From Chrysomallon squamiferum (taxonomy: Eukaryota; Animalia; Mollusca): a stretch of 64,000 nucleotides of DNA. Under the pieces are notes generated by a model, which made no database searches, was not told the origin of the DNA, and worked only from the letters and a program-made list of their open reading frames with translations. Position 1 is the stretch's first letter. Each line of letters starts with the position of its first letter. The stretch is from contig CM022670.1 in assembly GCA_012295275.1 (NCBI GenBank), positions 22,754,001 through 22,818,000 of the forward strand, written 5' to 3'. Positions 1 through 11,740 of this stretch are shown in pieces. The translations under genes and the position numbers were made by a program.

Positions 1-617
1 ATTAATTTTCTTTTTATCATATGAATATTATTTATTCAGTCATCCATACATTAAATTCTAATCACCGTTTTCGTTTTTTGTAATTTGATTTACAGTTCAG
101 CCAAACCTGATAGAAAACAAAATAATGAAAACGCATCAAATTCATTGGACTAGAAATAACAGTATATTTAATATTGTATATACTTAAGTAAAGGATATGC
201 GTCTGGGGATGGGGGGAAATGTTATTACGAAATACAGGAAAATAACGCAACCAACCTTTACTAATACGTGACCATTCATTCATGATTGTACTGTATAATA
301 ATAATATGCAAAAATGTCCATCTCCATGTCCAGTATAGAACCCATAATGACTTCAGACAATTACATAAATAAATATAAACATAAAAAACATCTGTAAAAA
401 CATTGGTATTCTAATAACCCAACATTCAACTTCGTTGTTAAAAGTTGGTTGTTTAAATCACTGTAAAATTACTTTTCTCGTTTAAACATAACTCTTATCT
501 TTTGTCAGGATTTACAAGACATTATTCGTGAATAAAACCACATAGTTGATGAAAATCATTTTTGTTGACATCTCACAATATTGTATATAAACAGTCCGAT
601 GCTGACCAGACATTCTT

Positions 618-1004
618 TCAAAACCCTTTCATCCGAAGATGATTGCTCAGTTCTGTAATTTCGAATAGACAAGAACCAGGAGCGTCGAGATCCTTGAGTC
701 CAACAACAAGGCAGTGAGAACATTTGACTGCTACAAGAATTTTATCATCCGCTCGCCCAACCAATGTTTCCACGTGATAACACGGTCGAAAACACGTGTA
801 AACCGTGTTACAGAATTCCAACTTCGTCATGGCAGAATAATGGCTTGAGATAATTCCAATCAGTCCCATAATTTCGTCACTTTTAGCATCCCAGTTTGTA
901 GTGCATACAAAAGTTTCAAAATCGGACGCTTTCAGATTAATTATCCCTACTGTATCGACATTTCCTCTTGTCATAAACGATATCAGCATATTTCGCCAAT
1001 TCAT
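618..1004 (-). CDS. Divergent profilin-family protein, single coding exon, 128 aa
   Basis: Uninterrupted ATG-to-stop ORF of profilin size. N-terminal MNW helix, central 'TLVGRADDKILVAVKCSHCLVVGL' strands and C-terminal 'PGSCLFEITELSNHLRMKGF' resemble the profilin pattern (PGxCxxxVExLxxYLxxxGF/Y). Confidence 0.7.
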   Translation of the reverse strand: MNWRNMLISFMTRGNVDTVGIINLKASDFETFVCTTNWDAKSDEIMGLIGIISSHYSAMTKLEFCNTVYTCFRPCYHVETLVGRADDKILVAVKCSHCLVVGLKDLDAPGSCLFEITELSNHLRMKGF

Positions 1005-1831
1005 TATGAAAGTTTTATCACTTTTTTACTTTATCTCACGTTGTGTTAGATTTCAGTATTTCACAACTTTAAATACAAAGTTCCGAAAGTAAAAGAAAAA
1101 TAGTAAACGCTGTTCCCTTTAATCAGATGTTATTTCGTTTATTTCCAGCTTTGTCATTGTATACGCGTGTTTTATATGTTTATTTTGAGTCACGTGGGTC
1201 TTCGTTACGTTTACTGAGAAAAACAGTGCATGGCCGTGCATAGATGAAATTCACAGTGATGACGAATAATTTCTGTGTAAGCCTGACAAACGATTAAGGT
1301 CAAAGTTGACCATCCTGCCGGTTTGTGTCCTCGTCGACACGATTAGATAAAGAGGACACAGGTATGCCAGTGGAAAAGGAAAACAGTATCCTGTTACGAC
1401 TGATTTTTAATCAACAACAGCAGTAAAATACACACCCATATACACTCAGATATATAAATACACATAAAATAATAAATAGGAGGATTAATTAAAACGCACA
1501 TAATCAACGATATTGGCTATTTTAAACATATAGGTATGTCTAATTAACTATCTGATTTAGGGGTGGATCGATCATTTCACAAAAGATAGGAGCATCTATT
1601 AATCTTGAAATAAAATGAGTTCCACTAAAAAGTAAATCTATCTAATCAGTTATAAATATTAACAACAACAACAACAACAATAAAACTTAAAATATATCTG
1701 GAAGGAAGACAAAAAAAAAAAAAAAAAAAAATACAATAAAATTTTAAAAAATACAAAAAATACAAAATAAGAAGAAAAAAAATAATAAAATAAATAAATA
1801 AATAAAATAATAAATAAATTAATTCATTTTA

Positions 1832-1890
<59 letters not shown>
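1832..1890. repeat. (AAT)n microsatellite
   Basis: Perfect AAT trinucleotide run. Confidence 0.95.
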
Positions 1891-1891
<1 letters not shown>

Positions 1892-2049
1892 GCAGCAGTT
1901 TACTCATTTTTAATCTACTGTTATTGGCGTCACACGTGTCACTATAGATACAGTAACAGGAAACCGGAATTTAAAAAAAAAAAAAAATAAAAAAAAAATT
2001 CTGCTTTTCTTTCTTCTTCTTCTTATTGTTATTTTATTAATAACAAAAT

Positions 2050-2200
2050 ATCTGTTTCATGCGCCTTTACACAGATAGAAACCATACACACACCACGATC
2101 TGGTGCCATAGCTGGGGTACAAAATAAGCAAGTAGGTGCTCCGAAGATGTTTGATGCTTCGTCTAATTACGCACAGGGTGACGAACGTCCCGAACAATAA
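2050..2200 (-). mobile_element. Possible degenerate tRNA-derived SINE fragment
   Basis: Locally GC-richer stretch ('tttcatgcgcctttacacagatagaaaccatacacacaccacg...ccgaagatgtttgatgc') that resembles, from memory, reverse-oriented gastropod SINE bodies. No intact A/B boxes or TSD seen. Confidence 0.25.
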
Positions 2201-3391
2201 CTCTCACCAGGGGGGTTGCGGAGCACCATGTGGTCTTCTAGATTCGCATGTTTAATTACAATGCAATTTACTTGTATGCTTTTAACAGTGACATCGAATT
2301 TAATCAGCGTGTTCTCTTTCACGCCAGTTACTGAATAATTAATCAGACCCACACACGCATGGTTCTGTCATTAACTTTGTTCGTTTATGTCAGGTTAAGT
2401 CAACATGGTGCTCAAAATCACCTTTACAAACTATACGACTCAGTTTTCTGGGTTAACAAACAAAATAGAGTGATGGGAGCATTACTGTTGTAAAAACCTG
2501 CCATTTAGTTGTCTTTATAGGTTATCTCAGTGCATTTATCTTAATTTTAAGATAATTTGGCACATGAAATATAGAACGTTATTAGAAATCGATGATTTCG
2601 GAAGGGAGTACTAATAACAACAGGGAGTGGTATATTATCTGTGATAAGTATTCTGTGAAATCACTTACTAAGTACTAGTAATTTGATCATCTTTGTGGAG
2701 TTCCTGCCATTTTATAGCTTTATTAATATATTAATTTTTTCTTCTTCTTTTTCTTTTTCTTCATCAACATCATCATCATCTTCTTCTTCTTCTTCTTCTT
2801 CTTTTTTTATTTATTTATTTATTATTATTTATTATTATTATTATTATATTTCTTACATTGTCAAGCAAACTGAATTAAAATCAAAATTGTATATCAGGAA
2901 AAGAGAGTAGACATTTTAAATTATTTAGTTCCATTTTTTTTTTCAGTTACTCGTGTTAATTCTTTCAAAGTACATATTTAGGCCTATCCATTGTGTTATT
3001 CATTCTTTCATTCCCTAATCCTGCTTAAATTATGTACCAGAATGATCAGATTAAGTCAATATTTATTTTATTCTTTAACTTAGATCTTCATATGACATGA
3101 CGTTTTAAAATTTTGTTTTAGCCAAACAGAAACCTTTTTTCACCCGGATTCTTCAGAAATGCGTGCCATTTGGTCGATTCGTTGTTTTCCGTATCGTGTT
3201 GCATTTGTGGGTTATCGTGGACTTAAAATACTGTAACTTTTAAGTTTCCATATAAATCATTCTAAACAGTGATACATACTGAAATGTTCACCGATTAAAA
3301 TAATATGTCAAATCATTATATTTACTCTGAAATAGGTATCCGAATTACAGTAATAATAATAATTAATAATTTTGGGGAATTTTGTTTATTG

Positions 3392-3441
<50 letters not shown>

Positions 3442-3785
3442 AATTTTTAAATTTAAAATTATTAAATAAGTATATATATGTGTGTGTATATATATATATA
3501 TATATATTAAACATTTTTAATTTTTTTTTTTTAAATGATTATTATTTTGTTATTTCTGTAATCTTCTTGTTATATTAATGCCTTTGAAGAAAAATAGCTT
3601 CCACAAGAATCATTAATGGAATTATTTGAATGTTCCTCATTTCTTCTTTAACGCGCGAGCGCGTGTGTGAAATAAATAAATTCTGTGTTGAAAGTGTTAC
3701 TGTTTCTTTTTTGAGTGTTTTTTTTATTTTTATTTTAACTTATGTGATTTGAAATAGACTGGGACATATCTTTTATATTAATAAA

Positions 3786-3858
<73 letters not shown>

Positions 3859-3952
3859 AATTTGAAATAAAACATTTAAATAAGTATTTTTTATTTATTA
3901 TATTATGTTATTTAGTTTCTAATTTTTTTTTTACCAACTACATCGTAATTAA

Positions 3953-3953
<1 letters not shown>

Positions 3954-3998
<45 letters not shown>
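3954..3998. repeat. (CA)n microsatellite
   Basis: Perfect CA run. Confidence 0.95.
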
Positions 3999-4000
<2 letters not shown>

Positions 4001-4145
4001 TAATAATAAATAAAAAACTTGTCATTTTTGTCAACTATCACTGGGGGTAAGCATGAAGAAATTAACAATGATAAACTGTAAATCATCTCTAACAATTATT
4101 AATAAAATTAGCGCTGTTGGGGGCATGCAAAAAAGCAAGTGTGAA

Positions 4146-4160
4146 AGGTCACTGTGACCT
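4146..4160. promoter_or_regulatory. Perfect consensus estrogen response element (IR3: AGGTCA-ctg-TGACCT) upstream of xylose isomerase
   Basis: Exact palindrome AGGTCACTGTGACCT ending 124 bp before the ATG at 4284. A CRE-like GACGTCA lies at 4198-4204. Confidence 0.6.
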
Positions 4161-4283
4161 GGATAACTCGATACTGCAGTGTCACATTGCTTTGTTCGAC
4201 GTCAGAGCTGTATCAGTAAAAACATCCCAGTGTACACATTTCAGTGTGAAGCCGACGTGAGTCGTCTGTGACAGAGAACAATA

Positions 4284-5592
4284 ATGTCGTCTGACAAGTC
4301 AGAGTCTTCCAAATACGATGTACCTGATGCTGAATTTTTCCCAGGTATACAGCATGTACATGTTATTAGTACATCGCGTAATCCACCCCCCCTTCCCGGG
4401 ACTAAAGTTTTGAGAAAATGTGTGAAGTAAATAAATGTACGTTATTATTTGTTCGTCTAGAGAAAAGGGGCGTTCAACTTTGAAAATATAACAATATTGT
4501 AATACGTCTGTATTGTTTAGCAACCTCCCACCTTCCCCAAAATCAAATCCATTATTTATTTATTTAATAATAATAATAATAATAATAAAAATATAGTTGT
4601 GAAGGGGAGTGATAAATTGTTAGAGCACACATCTGCTGGACTGTTTCACATTCTGACTAATCTTCCTTACAGTTTTAATCAATGAGCTGTGGGAAGAATT
4701 ATTTAAACAATCTTACATTGTTAACAGAAGTGAACAATGGTTTTCCTCATACATCATATTAAATAAATAAATAAAATGATACCTTCCAACCCAGTAACAA
4801 TAAAATGTGGTATCATCAAACATATTCATTACTTCATGTCACAGGTATTTCTAAGATTTCCTACAAACCTGATGGTGGTCCAGATGAGACTCTGGTATTC
4901 AAACAGTACAATCCAACAGAGGTATGTTATCTGGATGTCATTTGTTGTTTCACTATAAATTGAATTCTCATTTCATGACCAGTATGTCCAGACAGAGGTG
5001 TTTATGTATATGTGTGTGTATATGTACATATCTGTGTTTGTATGAATGCATGTTTTATGTGTTTGAAATCATTTGAACAGGTTGAAGAACAATGTTGCCG
5101 ATGCCTTACATTTGGTTTATGAAACACCATGCATAAAAGTGCATACAAACTGAAAGTTCTCTTCTCAGCTCATTAAAACTAATAATTGTTAGAATCCAAA
5201 TCAGTTGAGATTATTTTGTTAAGCATTAATTACTTCAAAACCTCTGCCTAAATAAAATTTTAAAACAACATGATTTTTACACCTGGGAATATGCAGTGTC
5301 AGATTTATTAAGTTTGTTTGGTTGTAGGTTGTAATGGGTAAAACCATGGAAGAGTGGCTGCGATTTTCTGTCTGCTTCTGGCACACCTTCAGAGGAACAG
5401 GTTTATACATTTAACTCTTTAAACAAATTCATTACTGTATACTGAATGTCTTAGTTAAACAAAGGGTTATCTTAAGTTAATGTGAATCAGCATTTATTTG
5501 ACTGAATATTTACCTATATATGTATATAGGTAAATATTCAGACATAAATGCTGATTCACATTAATTTAAGAATATATATATGTATGCATGTA

Positions 5593-5643
<51 letters not shown>

Positions 5644-5784
5644 GTGTGTGTATATATATATATATGTATATATATATATGTATGTATGTATGTATGTATA
5701 TGTGTGTATATGTTTGTATGTATGTGTGTGTATGTATGTATGTATGTATATGTATGTATGTGTGTATGTATATATATATATGTG

Positions 5785-5820
<36 letters not shown>

Positions 5821-6858
5821 CTAATGTTTATATTATAAAATTATATTAAGTAAAATTCATCCATATTATTTACATAATTTAGAAAAAATCTATCTTATCT
5901 CTCTATTTATCTATCTTATCCATTCATTCCATCCATCCATCCATCCATCCATCCATCCATCCATCTATCTATTGTCTATCTATCTATCTATGTATCCATC
6001 CATCCATGTATCCATCCATCCATCCATCTACATCAGTAACAGTTTTTGTTATTATGCTTGGCAAGGAGCTGATCCGTTTGGTCTTCCCACATTAACAAGA
6101 CCCTGGGATGATGGCAGTAACAGTCTGGGAAATGCCAAAAGACGAGTCAGAGCAGCATTTGAATTCTTCACAAAACTTGGCATCAAATACTGGACATTCC
6201 ACGATAGGTACTTTTAATAGTTACTTAACTAAACAATTAAAAAATATATATATAATAAAATAATAATAATAATGAAATTTTGTAAAAAAATAAAGTACAA
6301 ATTTCAACAAAAATGTATATTGATGAATTATTCTTTGTCATTGTTTTGTGCTTTTAAAAAATAAACTGCAGTTTGGTAAATCTCTCTCTCTGTTTCCTTT
6401 TAAAGGCTGATACTGATTTTATTATTATTAATTATTACATATATATATATATTTTTAAAATAAAAAACAGATAAGACAAATGTTTTTAAATTAGCTAATT
6501 TTTAAAACTGGTTTCTTCAGATCTGTTTGACATGTAAGGAACTAGTATGTTTACCAGTGCATGTACACAAACTGATAAGAAAGACTTTTATCTCTTCAGA
6601 GATATTGCTCCTGAAGGAAAGAATTTGGCTGAGACAAACAAGAATTTGGACGAGATTGTTGAACTAGTTCAGGAATTGCAGGCTAAGACAGGTGTCAAAC
6701 TTTTGTGGGCCACATCAAATCTGTTTGCACATCCAAGGTGTGTTATATCTCAGTTTTTGTATGTCTGTGTGCATGACAGTATTTGTTTTATCTTAATCAG
6801 TATAAGTACAGGTATAACGGAAGAAGTTAAAACAGGAAGAAGAAAAGAACATCCACAA

Positions 6859-6895
<37 letters not shown>

Positions 6896-9800
6896 TAATT
6901 TAAAAAAAAAAAATAAAATAATAATAACAATAATAATAAAAAAAATAATAAATACATTAATAAAAAAAAAAATTAAAAAATAAATTAATTATAATAAATT
7001 AATTGTAAAATATATTCAATTTTAAATTAAAATGAATTAATTTATTAAAATAAAAAAAGAAATAATACAGTAAATTAATTATAATTTGTAAATTGTGTTT
7101 CTTTACAGTTTTGTGAGTTTAATTATTTATTGATAAAAAATAACAATATCTACAATAATAATAGTAGTAGTAATTGTAGTAGTAGTAGCAGTACAAGTAC
7201 CAATAATAATAATAATAATAATCATCATCATCATCATAATGATAATGTTAATGTTAATGATGATGATGTTAAATGTTTGATAATCCTAAAATGAGAACAT
7301 AACCCTAGTGTTAAACTTTCAGATATATGAATGGTGCTAGTACAAATCCTGATGCTCATGTATTTGCCTATGCTGCAGCACAGGTGAAGAAATGCATGGA
7401 AGTAGCCAAAACCCTTGGTGCTGAGAACTTTGGTTAGTCCTAATTATTCACATTTCATAAAATTATGTTGAATACTGGGATGATAAAATGAGGATGATCA
7501 AGATGATGATAATAAATATACACACAACAGTTAATATGATGATGATGATGATAGGAAGATTTTTTTTTTTCTTATTTCATTTAAAAAAAAAATTATAACA
7601 TTTAGATTTAAAACACATCTAAAAACGTGTAATTTCTTGTTAAACGGAGAAAGTTTTTATTATTATTTTACTGTATTTCAATTTCTTTATAAACATTTCA
7701 GTGTTTTGGGGTGGAAGAGAAGGATTTCATTCACTTCTCAACACAGATGTCAAGGCTGAGCTTGACCACATGGCAGTCTTTTTAAAGATGGCAGCAGGTA
7801 ACATTTTTTTAAAATTATTTTTATCATTTTCTCTTTAAAACATACATGTACTTACAGTTATTTTGTTTAATGTCACTTCCGAGATAATTTGAGATAATTC
7901 AGTGTGTTTCATTATTATTTGTCTTTGTAGAAAATAATAAAGATAATAATTCCATTTGAAGGAAACCAATTTGAACCTTTTATAAACAGAATAGCATAAA
8001 TATTTACCTTAATACTTTCTTACTCTTCTTTAATAAATAAAATGAAAATTTACACAACTTTTTAATAAAGTATGTATCTTTTTAAAAGTAGAATTAATTT
8101 GTTAATCTTATTGTTATTTTTTTTTGTGCTTTAGTCTATGTAGTAAGTGTTGTTTCCTGAATTATTTGATTAATGGTTAAACTTATAAAGACATTAATCC
8201 ACTAATATCTCATTTCATGATTTTAAACTGCAGATTACAAGAAGAAGATTGGGTTTACAGGAACACTGCTTATTGAACCCAAACCAAAGGAACCAACAAA
8301 ACATCAGTATGATTATGGTGGGTTATTAATAACAATTAATGATTCTTTGTAATGGTTCAAAATGGTAAGAAATGAAATGTTTTCATAACAGTTGTTGTGA
8401 TATTAATTTTTGTGTTAAAGATTAATCTTATTTTGCAGCAGTTGCAGAACTACATTTTGTGTGATGTTTTATTTTTTTCAAGATCATAACGGAGGAGAAT
8501 GAACTTCAGTAATCATTAATGTTTTTAATCACTTTTGTTCTGTATCTAAAAATGTGGATTTAAAATAAATAAATAAATTTATAAATAATAATACAAATTA
8601 AAAAATTAAAAAAAAAAAAATTAAAAAAATAATAAAATAAAAGGAAAAAAGTAATTATTTTAATTTAAATAGAAATATATATATTTTTTCCATAGATTAT
8701 TTCATATTTAGTTTGAAATAACAACTTAAAATATTTATAATAAAAAAAAAAACAAAAAAAAACAGAAAAAACCCAAAGCAAAACAAAACAAAAATAAACA
8801 AAAATTATTATTTTAATTTATTTTGATTTTTATATATTTATATTTATTTTAGATTAACAACTTACAATCTATATTAAATTGGAGACAAGCTAACATCAGA
8901 TCAAAATTTTACCTTTAGGAAAGATGTAATTTTTTTTTTTTTTTTTTGGATATTCTTATTTTTATATTTGACAGATGCTATGACTGTCATTGGTTTCCTG
9001 AAGAACTATGGTTTAGACAAAGAGTTCAAGGTTTGTAAAATGGAAGATTAAATTAGAAGACACACATGCTAAATATTTAAATATTTCTTTCAGTGTTCAC
9101 TGAATTTTTATAATGAGAAGCAATATGTTCATGTTCATTACAGATAAAATATTTTACTAGAATAATAATAATAATAATAAAAAATTGATTTAACATTTGC
9201 TATTCAGCACTGACATACTTATGTTAAATTTTAAAAATGAATAAAAAAATCAAACATTTAAAACATTCATAAAAAAAAAAAAAAATTGTCTCCCCTTTGA
9301 AGAAATCTGGCTCACTGACAGTAATGTAATTTTTTTTTTGTTTAGTAAAAAAAGTAAAATTCATTTAAAATTTAATACAGGAATATGAAGAGGGAGTTGT
9401 CAGAATGTTTCAAAATAAAAAAAAGACATTGAATGACTCATGTTTGCCTCCTCTGGAAGTGATGAAAAATTGTTAATAACAAAGAAAAAACTTCATTTTT
9501 GCTTTAAGAATTTAATTAAAAATAAAGAAAGAAACCGTGAATTGGTCATAAATTAATGTAAAATTAAAAATGTAATTTCTTCATCTTCCAGCTGAATATT
9601 GAACCGAACCACACAACACTGGCAGGTCATGCTTATGAACATGATGTTGTGTTCGCTTCAGCGTAAGTTTTGTTTGAAGATATCTAAAGAGTGTTAATAT
9701 AACAGAGATGAAAAGAAACTAAAGAAAAATATGGCAGTCAGCACTTACCTACAGATTGCTGCAAATTTCTTTTTTTTTTAAATCAATGTTATTTATTTAT

Positions 9801-11740
9801 TTGTTTATTATTATTGTTGTTATTATTATTATTATTATTATTATCATAAGCTGGGAACAGATTAAATTATCATGATTATCATGTATAGTATATTTCAATA
9901 ACTTTTAAAAGATATTATTTTATTATTTTATTATTTATCGTATAACCATCATCAACATTAACTTTCTTATTTTTGCATTTTTTGGTAAAGGTTAAATTGC
10001 AATGTTTTAATGCCTTTTTTCAAATTTGATTTGACTATTTACATATTTATTGTTGTTATTTTTTCTTCTTCCTTTTATTTATTTTTTTTTTTTTTTTACA
10101 CAATTCTGAGTTAGGGACATATTACAGATTAAAGAGCAAAATGTTAGTTTTTCAATAGCTTTAAAAGATTTTTTATTTTATTTTATTTTATTTTATTTTA
10201 TTAATTTTTGTTATAATAATTTTTGTAACTGATAGAATTGTAAAAATATAACTTTCAACAGGTTTGGTTTATTGGGATCCATTGATTCCAACACTGGTTC
10301 CCCTGACCTGGGCTGGGACACTGACCAGTTCCCAATGGACTGCAAAAATGCAGCATACGTTATGAAGGTAAGTATTTAACGACTTGATTTATTTGCTATT
10401 TCCTAGATTATATTCTATTTTTTTCATTTTTTTTTTCATCATTTTTAAAATCTTAAAGAGTTAGTTCAGATGAATTATGTTTTGTTTTTAAATTTGGGAC
10501 TGAACAGGGACTATGAAATGCAAATTGTCAGTTTATGACTACAAGCTGGTGACAGAATCAGTGTTTTGTGATGTTTCATCTGCAGGTTGTCCTTGGGCAA
10601 GGTGGCATACAGCCTGGTGGACTGAACTTTGACTGCAAAGTGAGACGAGAATCTACTGACTTGAAAGACATGTTTATTGCTCACATAGGTAATAATAGCT
10701 CACTATTAAACATGCTTAAAATACACCACGACATCATTAAAACAGTTTTACTTTTCACACACACAGTGAAAATTCATATCCCAAACATTTTTTTTTTTTT
10801 TAATAAAATTTTTTAAAATCCTTGCTTAATAAATTGGCAGATTCATACTTGGTCTTGCATAATTACATTTAAATATTTGATTAGTCCATTTTATAAGACA
10901 CTGCATTTTACTTGATTTCCATAATTCTGTCCAGCCCTCAATTTGTTTTTTCGGTATCCCTGCCAGGTTTATTTTGGTATTCCCAACAATTTACACCGAA
11001 AATATGCAGTTTTCAAACATTAAACCATTAATGTCATGTCAATCTGAAATATTCAACATTGTTATCATTTTTATCGGTAGAAAAAGAATAAACAAATATT
11101 TTTATACAAACAAGAATATATTTTATATTATTGTAAAATGCATAACCAAGATTAAGAGCCAAAGAATGACATTTCTTTTCTTTTTTTACAGGTGCAATGG
11201 ACACCTTTGCCCGAGGTCTGAAAATAGCAGCCAGAGTAGTTGATGATGGAATAATAGCAAAACAAATTCGGGAAAGATACAGCAGTTACAAAACTGGAAT
11301 TGGAGCAGATATTGTACAAGGAAAAGCATCATTTGAAGACCTTGAGGTTTGTCTTCAACTAATGCTTTTACATTACATAACTCTGATAATATACATACAA
11401 TTAATCACCGATTAATTCTGCATTAGAGAATTAATTTTAAGATAAATTAAATATATGAAGATCCATTTTTGAAAAGTTTTCTTTATTTTGTCTCTCCTGG
11501 ATTTCTTTGCCACCCAAATCTGATATTTATAACCAGTAACAAAAATACAAATTGATAAAAAAAAATAATAATAATAATAAATAGATAAATAAATGGCACA
11601 ATTCTATTTAATAAAAATGAATTGTTTTTGCAATTTGAACAAAACTTTATTTTCAGAAATACATCATGGAACATGGTGAACCGCAAAAATTGTCTGGAAA
11701 ACAAGAACATTATGAAAGTGTGCTGAACTTTTATGTGTAA
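4284..11740 (+). CDS. xylA: Xylose isomerase, class II, 14 coding exons, ~451 aa
   Basis: Exons 4284-4344, 4845-4921, 5328-5400, 6066-6207, 6600-6737, 7323-7432, 7702-7797, 8234-8317, 8975-9030, 9592-9662, 10262-10367, 10586-10688, 11192-11346, 11657-11740. All introns GT-AG with consistent phases (1356 nt). Motifs present: [69 protein letters not shown]. Confidence 0.97.
5572..6030. repeat. Compound (TA/TG/TATG)n, (GA)n and (CCAT/CTAT)n microsatellite block in xylA intron 3
   Basis: Visible simple repeats; these explain the Y/V/C/M-rich pseudo-ORFs in all three forward frames. Confidence 0.95.

Noticed and set aside
1298-1362. AGGTCA-n4-TGACC palindrome and a 9-bp inverted repeat upstream of the profilin-like gene
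   Set aside because: Non-canonical spacing and a short stem; no independent support for function.
5548-5849. Three overlapping ORFs rich in Y/V/C/M/I
   Set aside because: They are translations of TA/TG microsatellite within xylA intron 3.
4284-11740. Bacterial contamination or recent HGT of xylA
   Set aside because: Thirteen canonical introns with host-like simple repeats, flanked by animal genes.
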